From NCBI RefSeq assembly GCF_030144855.1, contig NC_082718.1, positions 103,974,001 through 104,038,000 of the forward strand: DNA of 64,000 nucleotides, in the 5' to 3' direction. The notes beneath the pieces were generated by a model, which was not told the DNA's origin, made no database searches, and saw only the letters and a list, made by a program, of their open reading frames with translations. This DNA is from Hypanus sabinus. Lineage: Eukaryota. Shown piece by piece: positions 23,101 through 36,240 of the stretch (positions are counted from its first letter, which is position 1; the number at the start of each line of letters is the position of its first letter). The translations under genes and the position numbers were made by a program.

Positions 23101-26100
23101 TGGGGAATGAACCCTTGCGTCAGACTGCTGAAACAGAGACCCTATATCGGGACTCAGGAAGAGATCGTGCCAGCAACATCCAGCATCACAGTTTCAAGCA
23201 GTCAAGCATTAAGGAAACAAATAAGTCAGGCATGTTAGACAATGCATTGTATTTTAGAAACAATACGAGTTGTCAGTGCCCTCTAATTTCTAGCCCTAGT
23301 GGTTTTGCGTTTAGCTGTTTAAGCCATTCCTGGTTGAATGTATTTGCCTGGAACTCCTTTTAACTTTGACTGGCCCGCAGAGTTGCCACCCAGATGCCTG
23401 GTTCACCATATGGCAGCAGAAGTAAACACCCTTTCTGGGTCACTTTTGAAGTGGCGTAGTTAGTTTAACAAGGGTGGAAGGGCGGGGTGTGGAGGTTTAA
23501 CAAGAAAGAAGTTGGTACATTAGCACAATTCATCCTAACAAGACTGCTTTTGTTGCACCTTCTTTATTTAATTCACGGATGCCTTTGCCAAACAAATGCT
23601 TTCATCTCGATTCCGAATAAAATCTATTATTGGCAAAATTACAGAAAGTGGACAATCGATCTTTTTTTAGTGTGCTCGCTGCGACTGCCGGCATGGGGAA
23701 CTTCAATGGAAAGGGCAGGAGTTGCTCTCATTGTCACGGCTCATTTCAAAATAATCTCGACTTTGGCACATGTGCTGAGTGCTAAAACATGTATACAGGG
23801 CTCTTTACTGTGGGTACAGAAGAAACATTTAACGCCTACAGCCTCTTTTCCAGTCAAGTATCAAAGGCATGCTTTGCAAGAGACGGCTGGATTTGATAGG
23901 GGCCAGTGGGCTGTAGTCTGGGGACAAAACTTGACTTGTGCTGTAAGTTCTGCAGCTGCCGTTAACTCTGCGCAACCACATTAGACAGAAGTGCTAACTT
24001 GCAAAATGGCAGCCAGTTTGGAATCTGCCTGCGACATGCGGCTCCCAAATCTCTGTTCCCTCTGGAAGTATGTAGGATATCTGAAATGTGAGGGAGGGAA
24101 GGAGGGAAGAGCAATTTTCCAGAGTGTGGTGTTTATGTTGTTCATGGATATGGTAAATTTCAATGCAGTGCAGTGCACTAAGCACCAGCTGGATATTTGG
24201 GCCAGAGTGCCTGGGATGCGTCATCTTTTTTGCCACTGTTCTCATTGTTTATACTGCAGGCTCTTGGCTCAATGAACCATGGGGGCCTCAAATTCATATC
24301 ATGCCAGCAGTGGAGGCAGATACATGCAGGCCTAATCTGACTTCGGGTTGGGTGTTTGATCTTCCCACATATCTCCTGACTGCGAAAGAGTGGTGAACGT
24401 GCAAATCCTCAGGGAGAAGCAGCACTTGTGTCCTCCTGCACCCAGAGCACCGGATGGCCTGAGATCTGGGTGATGGAGTTGCTCCTCAGGGAGAATGCTG
24501 TGTTGTTAAATATAATTCAAATCCAGCAGAGTAACATGGGGACACGAGACCGCAGATCATTCATTCAAACAAGATAAACAAGAGCCTCCCCCCCCCCCCC
24601 ACCCCTCCATTTTTCCCATTGCATGTAAAGTTCCTTAGGAAGAGTAGATACAAAATTGGTCCTGCATTTGTAATAGAGAGCAGTTCTTCATTCACGGGTG
24701 CCCATCTCTTTCTGTGGCCGTGTGACAGTCGACTTTAAAGCCTCACTGAAGTTTGTAACAAACTTTACAAATCTGTGTGAATAACTTCACTTGCCTCGAC
24801 TCTGAACTAATTCCACACCCTGTGGACTTATTTTCAAGGATACTGTAACTCATGTTCTCAGTATTATTATTTAATAATGATTAATTTTTGCACAGATTAT
24901 CTTATTTGCACATTGGTTGTGTTGTTTACCAGTCTATTTGCATGTGGTTTTTCATTAATTTTGTTGTAGTCCTTTGTTCTACTGTGAATGCCTGCAAGAA
25001 AATGACTCTCACTAGTATATGGGGATATATGTTTACTTTGATCATAAATTACTTTGAACTTCAAACGTTTGAACTTTGTTTTGCCTTTCCCAATAGAAGG
25101 AGCAAAGCAGCAGCCAAGATGTGCCTTTCAGGCATGCATTGACGATTCAAGATTCAAATTCTAGTTGATTTATCTACATTGAAGCATACCATGAAATAGT
25201 CTGCAACATAGACAGAAGCTTGTGTAAGAACACAACACACCTAAAAACTGGGATTCACTACCATGGCGTTACTGAGTGCCATGTTGTGCTTCATTATAGC
25301 TCTTTAGCTAACTCATTGAAATGCTATTTATTGTACTGATTTTGCAAGATGCACGATTTTTTGTAGACCTGTCCTTGATGAGCCTCATCAAATTTTGAAA
25401 ACATAATTGAAACTTTTTAAAATGTGCCACTCCCATGGAATGGACGCATGGATTAAATTAGTTAACAACTGCCCAATTTGATTAACAAGTGAACAGACCT
25501 TTGACCTTGAAAGATGTCTGAGTTCATGGCCACTGTCCCTTCAGCGGCAATGGCTCTGAGCTGTAGAATTCCCTCCCTCAATACTCAAGGGCACATCTGA
25601 CAACTCATGTTGTCGAGCAGACTTCGAATCAGTTGCCCTTATGCCACCATGTGTGGCTGTATCAGATTTCTGCTTGATTATGTCCACATAAATCACATGG
25701 AGATGATTAATGACAGAAAAGGTATTCTCATGAATAGATCTTGTTGAAATATTGTTTCATAAATACACAAATTAGCTCCATTTATTTTGGAGCAACTTAT
25801 TGAAGACAGTTAGCCAGACTGATTTCCCACTGTCTGCACTGTCATTGCCGAAATTCCTTTTCAGGTCCACTTCTCAAATAATTAATAGGATGTGGCTGTC
25901 AGCGAGCAAGGCCAGCATGAATTGGACATCACTCTTTGCCGTTGGGGAGGCATTAGTCCATATGAGACACTTTTTTTGTCGAACTTGGCCTCTAGTTAGG
26001 AGTAGAGGTTAGGAGGTCAAATCCAAGAGCTTCTAAATCTGTGTGTGGTACTGTTGCCAGACTTTGTACGTAGATCTACAGAGCTGAGATGGGCAAGTTT

Positions 26101-27139
26101 GTGTGGAAGACATTTGAAAGGAGAGTCACCAGTTTACATTCTGAATGAAATCACTGGATCTTTAATGTTTAACTGCTGATTGCTATTCTGGGGGCACAAG
26201 GTTGGTTCAGTCAGTGCCTGGAACATCTGCTCAGTCAGCAAAGTTACACGCAGCTAAACACATATCTATCAGCAGCTGTATCATACTAATATCCTGAGCT
26301 CATGGCCCAGTGGTTCATATTTCCATTGTTTGGACATCGTAGGCAGCCATTTAGCTCACCAAGTCACCTCTCAAAGCATTCTCATCAATCCCAATTTCCC
26401 CAGATTCTTGTAACTTACTTCCTTCACATACCCCTCAGTGCCACCCAAATTCTTTAGAAACAGCAAGTTATCTTGCTTAATTAACTACCACCCCTCCATC
26501 TTTTGGATGTGGGAGCATCCAGGTGATTCAGACACCAGGAGAAAATGCAAAAATGCATATCGACGGGACCTGGGGTTGGGATCCAACCTTGGCCATTGGT
26601 ACTTTTGGGTAACTATTCCACTGTGTTGAATATGTTGGAACGCCAGGAAAGGCTCCTGTAAGTTCTCCTTTAAACACAGCCAAAATAGTGATGGGGGTGT
26701 TTAAAATAGCCTTGGGTATTACCAGACCTACTGTTTCATAGCATGAAACAGGCCCTTTGACTCCACTCTTCCTTGCTGAGAGATGTGGTGTAATTCTGAC
26801 CTGTGGCAGAACCAGATGTGTCATGTAAGGACAGGGTAGAAATCCCAATTGGTAGAACATCAGTGCTCAGCATTCAGTATAAAATTTGAAAGATAGTGAC
26901 AAAGGAGAACAATGCCTTTGTCAAAGGGGACGTGGAATAGGAATAAAGAGGTCACTATTGATGGTGCACTAAAAACATCATATATGTGACTTATATTGGT
27001 AAAATCCTGTGAGCAGGAAGCATTTCACATTGTTCATAGCTACTGTTATAACTGCCCAAAATTACATTAGGGTTTGAAAACCTGGAGGAATTGCAGAATG
27101 CTGAAAGTCCTGAGGAAGTCCAGGTCCATTTCTTCCCTG

Positions 27140-27560
27140 GAATTGGAATTGGTTCACAACTGCGACAGGCTTAGTTTTGCAAGCCATCCATTCAGATCAT
27201 TTTCAGCCATGAGCACATTGAGGCAGTACAAGAGAAAGTCAATAACAGGATGGAGAAGATTGTGTTACAGTTACAGAGGAAGTGTAGTGAAGGCAGATAA
27301 TAAGGTGTGAGGGTCTCAGTGAGAGGGAGATTGTCGGGTCAAGAGTTCATTAGAGGTCTGTTCAAAGATCGTATAACAGCAATAAAGAAGCTGCCCTTGA
27401 GCCTGGTCCTGTTCTCAAGCTTCATATCTTCTGCTTAATGGAAGGGAGGAGGTGGTGAGAGACTATCTGGGGTGGGAGGGATTGTTGATTATGTTAGCTG
27501 CTTTTGTAAGACAGTGAGGAGTGTGTGGAGAGAGTCCGTTGGAAGGAGGTTGGCTTTCAC
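27140..27560 (-). mobile_element. Rex1-like LINE 3' fragment
   Basis: CLTKAANIINNPSHP motif on the minus strand. Confidence 0.6.
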
Positions 27561-27684
27561 TGTATGTAAGCTTTGTCCACAGCTCAGTCTTGGGCTGTTC
27601 ATTTTTCAATCCACAGGGTAACTGATTGTTGTCTGTGGACTTAACACTCCTGGGAAAAATATGTCCTAACCTAAAAGAAAAGCA

Positions 27685-27995
27685 GGTGTACAAAATTAAA
27701 AGGGATATAGATGGATAGATAGAGATAAGCAAGCATTTTTCATTGAGGTTGGGGGAGACTTGAAGTGTGAAAGGTGATGTGTGTAAGGGGAAGTTCTTCA
27801 CTCAGTGTATGGTGCGAGTGTGGAATGAGCTGCCAGCGGTTGTGAATGCGGGTTCAATTTCAACACTTAAGAGGAGTTTTGTTAAGGAGATGGAAGGGAG
27901 GGATATGGAGGACTATGAACCAGGTGCAGGTTGGGGAACTAAGCAGAATAACAGATTAAATGGGCCAAAGGGCCTGTTTCTGTAGTGTACTGGCT
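27685..27995 (+). mobile_element. CR1 3' fragment
   Basis: GKFFTQCMVRVWNELPAVVNAGSISTLKR. Confidence 0.8.
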
Positions 27996-30900
27996 CTCTG
28001 TCTCCATGACCTGGTATTTGTAATGATCAGAATCTTGCTCATGCCACTAGTCTGTGGCTGCACAGGGCAACAGATCCTGTGGGACGGAGGCTGATGAAGA
28101 GCTTTTTTGATCAGCTTGCCGAAGATTGCTCTACTTTCCAAAACTCCCTTCCCAATGGTGGCCAGCCTTCTACCTTTATACAGTATCGCTGTCAGCTGGA
28201 GATGATATCCCTTTTTGAATATTTAATACCTGGAAACATCTAATCCCTGTTTATGTGACTTTATTTTGCAATCAAATATCATTAACGAAATTAAGTGTTT
28301 TGGTGACTGCTCTTTGAATAGATGGCTCTCATTCGCTTATAGTGTTCACTACACTGGAGAAAATACTGAAGCATTGTGTAGAGATTTCTGAGTCCTCAGT
28401 GCAAAAGTAAATTCAAATACAGGTAATAAATTGTGTTTTATTGTATTAGGCATATCAGCTGTAAACAGTTAAACTGATAGTATACATCATTGAAATGAAA
28501 TAGCATAGATCAATCTTTTTAATTGCTGATTTAATGTTTTTGAACTAGTAATAATTTGTAAATTTCTTGGCCGTAAGGTGAATCAGTCTTACATATTTAA
28601 ATGGCGATTTCTGTTAAGTATTAGCAGTCGGGACTCCTTGACATGTGGGGTTAATTAAACTAATCAAGATATACGTATGCGTGATGTGAACTGATTCAAA
28701 TGCGGCACATCACTGGCTGTCTATTTAAGCCTCCCTAGTTAGCATTGATTCATTCGGTTCTTGCATATATGAATGATATAAGTAGTGAAAACATCAATAA
28801 GTTTGCATTCATAATTGTGTCTAATGGTATCTGGTTTAGTGCTCAGGATGTATTCTCAGGAACTGGATCACTAATGGAATCGGCCGTAAAGTGGAAAGTT
28901 ATTGCATTATGTAGCATTGTGTCATAGGCTGCGCAGTTGTGCTTCGTGATCTCAAGTAACTGACCGAGAAAGACATTAGCCCAGGCATTTACCTGCGCAA
29001 AAAAAAGTTGTGAACACACTTGAAAAGTCATGCCTCATTGACAAATAAATCTTCAGTGCTTATAAAAGGTATCACCACTGTGGCCAATAATGATATCTGC
29101 AGTGCATGCTTATTAAACCTGGTTGGTTTTACAGCTCAACTATCTATGAAAAAGTGTGCCACCCATACTCCTGCCCTTCCAGCTCACAGGGCATAGATTT
29201 ATGAATGGTTCAGTGAAGCTCAATATGGACCCAGAGTGGAATCTTATCCTATGTGATTGTCTGGCATCTTCTTCTCACCCGTTTTCCTTTGATGTGGGCA
29301 ACAATGCTCCTCTTTGCTCCTGAGTAGCCCTTGGCCAGAAGGATGTAATTGGCTGTTACCCCGCCCCTTTCATTCTTTGAGTCTTGCTGAAGGCAAAATG
29401 AAGAGTGGATGGTCATTGTCCATTTCCTTACTGTGTTCCTAAACATCTCAAAACATTCTGCAACCAATGTGCTTTTGAGGATTTTTTTTTAAAAACTAAA
29501 AACTGGATTTCACTCTTTTTTTTGCTTTGCTTAAATAGCAAATCAAGTATTTCCAAAAATAATTGTGGCACTGAGGACAAGCGAACTCTAAGGTTTATCA
29601 TAGTTGCCTCCTTTTTACGAGAGGTAGCCGACAGTCAGCAAGGTGAAGGAGGTAGCTGCCATGTTAATTGTGGGATGGTAGTCATGGCACTAACAGAACA
29701 ATTGGTGGGGGTGAAGTGCAGGTAGTGTAATGACTGTGGCTCTTCAGGTGAAGATTTGCCCCAAAACAGAGAGCCATCAAACTGGTCCTCACACTATAGT
29801 CAACCACTTAGTGAGCTAAAGGCCTCATCACAGTCAGACTTCAATCTGTGCACAAGGCTGTGATATACATTATACTGAAATAAATAGAGTTATTTATAAA
29901 ATATTACAATGATTTCCAAGCAGGAGCACTTTAAATGAGGCGTGACTCATTACTTCGAGAGCCTTTTGCTCCTGGTTTTATCGGAGGTTATAAACCGAGG
30001 TCACAGATTGTGTCTGGGAAAAATAAATGGGCATTATTGCGTGTAGGAAGTGTGCTAGGTAACTGACCTCTGCCTTCACGAATAGAAAGTGACCAGTCTC
30101 ATTTCCCCATGATTGGATTTCAATGGGGAGTAGGCACACCTCAAAACATCCTTGCATTTTACACGTAAAATTGCACAAATGGCCCATTGTTTTGGTATAC
30201 ACGTCTGCATGGGAGTACCTCAGCGGAGATCTCTCCCAAAAGTCGGCTCTGCTCGTGGTGAGGCGTTCTTGCCAGTTGGATGGGTACCTTCGGTGTAGAT
30301 TGTATGTTGTGGAGTGGGACCTGAAAACTGAGGTGCTTGGGCAGTGGCCAAGGATGTGACTGGCTGGTGTTGTTTTCCATCGATTCTTTTGCGTTTCATT
30401 GTTCACCTGTGAATGCCTGCAAGAAAATGAATCTCCAGGCAGTACATGATGACATATATGCACTTTGAAAATTGAATGGGATTCGAGTGGACGTTGGAAT
30501 AAGGAAGAAGCCTCCCACGAGGCACGAAAGCAAGAGTCGAACATCTACAGCTCTCAATGAAGAATTGTGCTAAAGTCTTAACACACCATAGGGTGGGAAT
30601 TTCATACCCAGAAGTCAAAGTTTCCACTCGTGCCCAAGGGATGTTCTCAACATGATGTTACTCCGGATCTGGCACCTCTGTCAGTCACCTGATGGGTACA
30701 AAGAGTCAATATAAACTGTACTCCAGTGCTGAGTGTTTCTGGCGTGCATTCACATGACATAAAAATATGATTTGATATGACATAAATTGGCTTGGTATCA
30801 TATGTTTCCATTCCTCTACATTTTCCACTTCAACAGCTTTTTATTTTAGTACTGCTGCACTTTCTATATAGTGTGGCAGCTGTTCAAGAATAAAATTAAA

Positions 30901-31249
30901 ACCCCAAGTTATCAAAACCTTGCCAGGGGTGGTGGTAAGATTGTCTCTTCAGCTCTTGCAGAGAGGTAGCTTTTTGAGCCTAGCAACAAGCAACTTATTT
31001 TGTCCTTCAGAAATGCCCCAAGTGACACCTCGTACAATGAATTCCATTGAAGGACAAGCCAAGGTTGCCAACTGGGCAAAAGTTCAAAGGATCTGCAGCC
31101 CTGGGTATCATCCCCTCCACAGCAGAAAGGGGAGCAAATCGAGACGGAGAGGTAATTGAGCACAGCAAGCTCCTGCAGGAATTTTTAGCGAGGCTGGTTG
31201 CGAACGTAGCTGCAGAGTTTTTGTCGTTGCAGTAAAAACTTGGGACTGG

Positions 31250-31475
31250 TTCAGTCGCGTAGTGGTTAGCGCAATGCTGATACGGCAGCGTGTTGTACAT
31301 TCTTCCATAACTGCTTGGGTTTCCTCCATGTGCTCCAGTTTCTTCACACGTTCCAAAAACCATTCGGGTTAGCATGTTAATTGGTCCCAATAGTATAATT
31401 GGTGATAAGGGCTCGTTGGGTTGGAAGGGCCTGTTACTATGCTGTTCACTAAATAAATAAACAAACAAACAAATG
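31250..31475 (+). mobile_element. tRNA-derived SINE (HE1-like) with CR1-type 3' tail
   Basis: A box gtagtggttagc; central gggtttcctccatgtgctccagtttc; tail gaagggcctgttactatgctg plus (AAAT/AAAC)n. Confidence 0.75.
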
Positions 31476-31499
31476 AATTGCAAAACCATCAGTGTTTGG

Positions 31500-31700
31500 C
31501 ATCTTCGGCCAGTTTCTTCCCACATTCCGGAGACGTCCAGGTTCGGTCTAGTGAGTTACAGGCACGCTACTATGTTGGTGCCAGAAGCATGACGACAATT
31601 GTGGGCTGCCCAGCACATCCTCACCGATTTGATTTAGTGTAAATGACGCATAACACTCTATTTTTATTACATGTGTGACAAATAATGCAAATCTTTCTTT
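31500..31700 (+). mobile_element. 5'-truncated SINE with Rex-like tail
   Basis: Central domain cagtttcttcccacattcc; ends catgtgtgacaaataatgc; same family as 17968-18273. Confidence 0.6.
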
Positions 31701-32369
31701 AAAAAAATATCAAGCCTTGTCACGAGGTTTAGAATAATTTTTGCTGATGTAGCAACCCATAACTGCTGCCAAATAAACTACATTTGTATGTGATTTTATT
31801 TTTCTCAAGAAATGCTACAAAACAATGTAAGTTGTGAAATAATATATTTCAAATTTAAATTAAATAATGATTTTGCATGTTTCATTACTTAGGTTTGTAA
31901 ACAACATTCATTCCCACATTTAATGTCACATCTGTGCTGCAGAGTTTATTTGGCATTCTGTAAAATATTTAAAATATTGGCTAAATATTGTTCTCTTCCT
32001 CCTCGTCTGCAATGTTTCTTTAATGTGGTTGGCGGCTCAGCCAGCTTTAATGACATCACAGCTCCTTTTGAGTCAGTGACTGCTGAAGACAAGATTCAGT
32101 GACCTCAGATCTCTGTTTTGCCTCCAATGAAATGTATGCAAGCAACCAGGTACAATGAGTGAGGGAATCAGTATTTTACATTGTGCGCAGCTCGAAAGAA
32201 TGTACTGTGGATGGCAGGATTATGCAGCACCCTCTTGATTGGGGTTCCAGTGGCCATGTGCAAGAATGAACGAGCTTTGTTATTGAGCTGGTATAGCTCA
32301 GGAGGGCATGTCTCCCACACTGAACTTAGGGTAGTTGTTGAGAAACAAATGGGGAAAGATTACTTCCCT

Positions 32370-32507
32370 CAGTCCCGATAAAGGGTCTCAGCCCAAAACA
32401 TCAACTCTGTTCTTTTCCATGGATGCTGCCTGACCTGCTGAGTTCCTCCAGCACTTTGTATGTGTTACTTGGGATTTCCAACTTTGGCAGAATCCCTTGT
32501 ATTTATG
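32370..32507 (+). mobile_element. Penelope-derived repeat with decayed hammerhead motif
   Basis: cagtc-ccgataa-agggtctcagccc-aaaac-atc-aact followed by the family body. Confidence 0.7.
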
Positions 32508-32521
32508 ACTTCCCTCCAGAC

Positions 32522-32601
32522 CGGGGTTCCAAACCTTTTTTTATGGTATGGACTAATACCATTAAGCAAGGGGCCCATGAACCCCAGTTTCGGAACTCCT
32601 G
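32522..32601. mobile_element. 80 bp hAT MITE
   Basis: TIRs CGGGGTTCCAAAC / GTTTCGGAACTCCTG; near-identical 8 bp flanks CTCCAGAC / CTCGAGAT. Confidence 0.8.
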
Positions 32602-33943
32602 CTCGAGATGAAGTTGGCTATCTGACTCTAGGTGTTGGGTTTGGGTTGGGTCAGCGCTAATTAGCAATGAAACATTCAGGGACAGGTTAGACCATTCTCT
32701 GCTGTTCCAACTCACTATTTTATCCTGGTCAGGATTGCTGCACGTGTCCTCTATTCTTAATCTGTGTTTATTGTTTCATCTGCAGAGAGACCGGCAAGTC
32801 AGGTCAAGTATGGGAAAAATGTGGAAGTGGTCATGTTGGTTGTGGTCTCGTTGGGCTTGGGTTAGGTTCAGACTGGCTGTGCTATGTGCTGCCTGGGTAT
32901 TGATCAGGTTTCAGTTTGCAAATGCTCTGATCATATTCAGGATTGAGTTGGATGCAGCCTGGCCAAGTTTAGATTGGGGTTGGGGATGGTTTGGGCTGGT
33001 TGTTCCTGGGCTGAGCACCTCAGCTTCACCTCACTCCTTGTTAGAGATACATTTGTCCACAACAGTATTGTTGAGGGCAAATTCATGAAACGGCAGCTCA
33101 GACTGGGCACCATCACAGTCTGTGCCATCCTGCCTGGCCTGTCCATTCTTCTATCGTTGCCTTTAAGCAGTTAACTTAAAGCGAGGAGCTCGGAACGACA
33201 TGCAGGAGAAACGTTTGGCAAACCCAGAAACGGGTGTCAGTCAGATGAAGCAATAGCACAGGACTGCTGCGCAATTGAGGCAGCAAGTTCGAGACAAGAG
33301 CTAAAACAAACTCACAACCAACCGAGTAATCATAGCGGGAAGATCAAAGGGCAACCCAGGAACATCCCCAGCAGCTGAGCATCAAACACCTGGAACTCTC
33401 CCCGGAAATACTCTCATAATCCAGGCTTTCAAGATTCTAACTCGCCATCATAAGCTGCCTGTCTGTATAATCTCCTCTGACACTGCAACCCTCTGACGTA
33501 TCAGAACTCTTGTATTGCCTGTCCTACTCCCCATCTGCAAATTTACTTGCTTCCCCACTGGCCGCCATGCTTTTAGCTGCTAAGATATAGCAATATGTTC
33601 CCCACACATCTCTTCATCTCTTTCTCCCTTAACGCTGGGACTACTTACACAATCTACTTTGAAGCGTATGGCTGCAGACCTCAGCTTTCCCAGCTCTGCA
33701 TCTTCTGTTTGGTCCCTAGCCCCAGTGAGATGTTGCAGCGATGTTAAAACTGGGAGTTAGGGTTATCATTCAGACTGCAATTAGAGCTGTTTGCTAAATA
33801 CTTGCCTTTCCGATGATACATATTAAGGATAAACTTTATTTGCCCTATATATTTACATGTATTAGGAGTTTGGTGTGATGTGCAACAAAGACCCAAGAAC
33901 ATTCAGGAATTAATGAAGAATTATATATTAAAACAAGTTAGAG

Positions 33944-34022
33944 CAGTGATTTCCACCTGGGGTCCACAGACCCCTTGCTTAATCTTATTGGTACATAGCA
34001 TAAAAAACATTGGGAACCCCCG
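33944..34022. mobile_element. 79 bp hAT MITE, same family in opposite orientation
   Basis: Perfect 8 bp TSD AGTTAGAG (33936-33943, 34023-34030); colinear with the reverse complement of 32522-32601. Confidence 0.88.
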
Positions 34023-35764
34023 AGTTAGAGGTTAAAGTGTGAGTATGGAATGAAATATACGTAAAGGCATAAGTAGCAGCAAATGAGCCATGAATGGGTA
34101 TGTTTTTAAAGCAAGAGGAGGAGAAATGGAAGGAGAAGTTGAAAAGGGGACAGGATATGCCATTGGAGTTAGGGTCCGGTTTGCTATCACTGACATGTGA
34201 AACTTGTTTTGCAGCAGCAGTAGAATGCAAGACATAAAAATGACTATAAGTTAGAGAAATAGATGAATAGTCCAGAGCACATACAACAAGGTAGTGTTCA
34301 TTGGTTCAAGCAGGGTTGCAACACATTTGCTTCAAGATGAAAGCATGGCAATTGAAGTTAATTTAAAAAAACATATATTTGACAATAGACTGAAACATTT
34401 TTAAAAAAAAATCACTTTGGAAAGGTTAAAGAAAATGATGTTCAACAATGCAATCATTTAGTTTACTTAATGAAAACTAAGTGAATAAATTTGATTTCAA
34501 AAGGTAGGTTTAAGATCTTTGTGTATCCGATACTCCATAAGAACCAAGGCTTTCTCCGCCCCCCCCCGCGATGGCAGTGTGTTTTTGTTGTGGGGGTTGC
34601 TGGCTGGCAGGTTATGACCCTGAGTGCAGAGCTGGAAGCCACTGACAGGTGGATGTTTCTTTCCGAAACGACAGCAGTGCCAGTTAATGTTTCCTAAAGA
34701 AAACAAACTTGGGATCGCAGAAACCTAAGCAGCACAATAATTAAACCAGGGCTTGCTCCAGACTAAATGCGCAGCCTGCCAGGGATGTACAGTTTCCTTT
34801 TTTAAATTCCCCGGAGAGAGTATCCGTGCCAGAATTTTTTATTCATATTGGATCATGACACATCCCTTTAAAGTAGTTCTTTAGAATCCTCTTTGCCTTG
34901 TCTTCCCAAGAATTACAAACAGTAGTATTTTAAAAGTCCTCAGGGAAAAGAAGGCTAAATTAATTTTGGACAAGAAGGTGGAAATTAGAGGAAGTCTCCA
35001 ATCTAAATTTTGCACCTTGCTGTTGGTGAGGTATTCGTTTAACTGCTGTGAAGTTTAAGGATTTGTTTTGGTATTCCAGTTTTTCCACTGACTTCAAGTT
35101 CACCCAACACAGTTAAGTGGTCAATGGGAAGGATCCTGTCTTTTGGGCAAAGGTCAAACACCATTCTTGTTATGTTTTGCCATCTATTGCTTCCTGGTAT
35201 TCAGGAATATTGATGCCTACCTACCTGTTCAACCCTCTCTATCTCTGTCATCATCACTAGTCTAGTCCGACTGGGTTCCAGCATTTTCATCCTGCTGGTG
35301 ATGGGTGAGAGGGCTGGTTTCAGATCATATCCTCCCATCTTCTCATGGATGCTGAATGCCCCCTTTCCAGGCATGATGTCTGACCCTGTTGCCCTGGATC
35401 ACTTTTCATGGTCAGGACTGGAAGTCGGGGACCATTCCTTCCCATAATCCTTCCTGTAATAGGTTGCTTCTCCATTTGGGGAGTGATAAGACCAGCTTAG
35501 GTGATTGTGTTTACCACCTCCGTTCCTCTCCTGTTCCCTCCCTCCCTCCATTCTCATACATTCTCTCCCCCCGCCCACCCCACCCAGCTTTCCTCCCTTC
35601 AGTGGAGACCTATGGATCACACTGTCTGATGCTCACCCCCACAAAGCACAGAGCCAGACTGCAGCACTGTGGGTAGTGTCAGCATCCTGAAGCCTGCCTG
35701 CTGATTTCCCAGAGGAGGGCACCGCTGCCAAACGTTGATCCTCAAAACAACTGCGTCCATTGTC

Positions 35765-36240
35765 ATACAGCATAGAAGCATGTCGTTCCTCCAGTTTGTC
35801 AATGCTGACCAAGATTTCCATCCAAGCTGGCCCATTACTCTGTGTCAACCACATCTCTCTAACCCTTTCCTATCCATGTGCGTCCAACTGTCTTTCAAAC
35901 GCTCACATCCTGCCTCCTCTACCTTTTATAGTAGCATGTTCACCCTCTGCGTGATTAAGTTGACCCCTCTCCCCCTGCTTCCTGGGAAGTCTTCCCCCTT
36001 TTACTTTAAAGCTATAGTATGTCCTGTTGTTCTTGATTTCCCACCTCTGGGACAACCACTGTGTGCATCATGATTTCCTCATCTCTAGTAGGTCACCCTT
36101 CAGTCTCTTGCACCCAAGGATTAAAGACCTGACCTGCCATATCTCACCTGATAACCCAGTCCCTTAAGCCCTGGCAACAACCTCAAAAATCTTTCCTGTC
36201 ATCTGTGCAGTTTAATGACACCTTTCCTGTAGCAGTGTGA
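35765..36240 (-). mobile_element. Degenerate CR1 3' fragment
   Basis: Antisense CR1 3' UTR and RT C-terminal remnants (caggtcacccttcagtctc...). Confidence 0.6.

Noticed and set aside
23487-23984. 165 aa ORF
   Set aside because: GTG start, no recognisable domain, no clear splice signals; expected by chance.
29978-31525. 188 aa and 172 aa minus-strand ORFs
   Set aside because: They run across Rex and SINE fragments and unrelated flanks; no protein motifs.
35200-35760. Penelope GIY-YIG endonuclease remnant
   Set aside because: Too decayed to translate convincingly; left unannotated.
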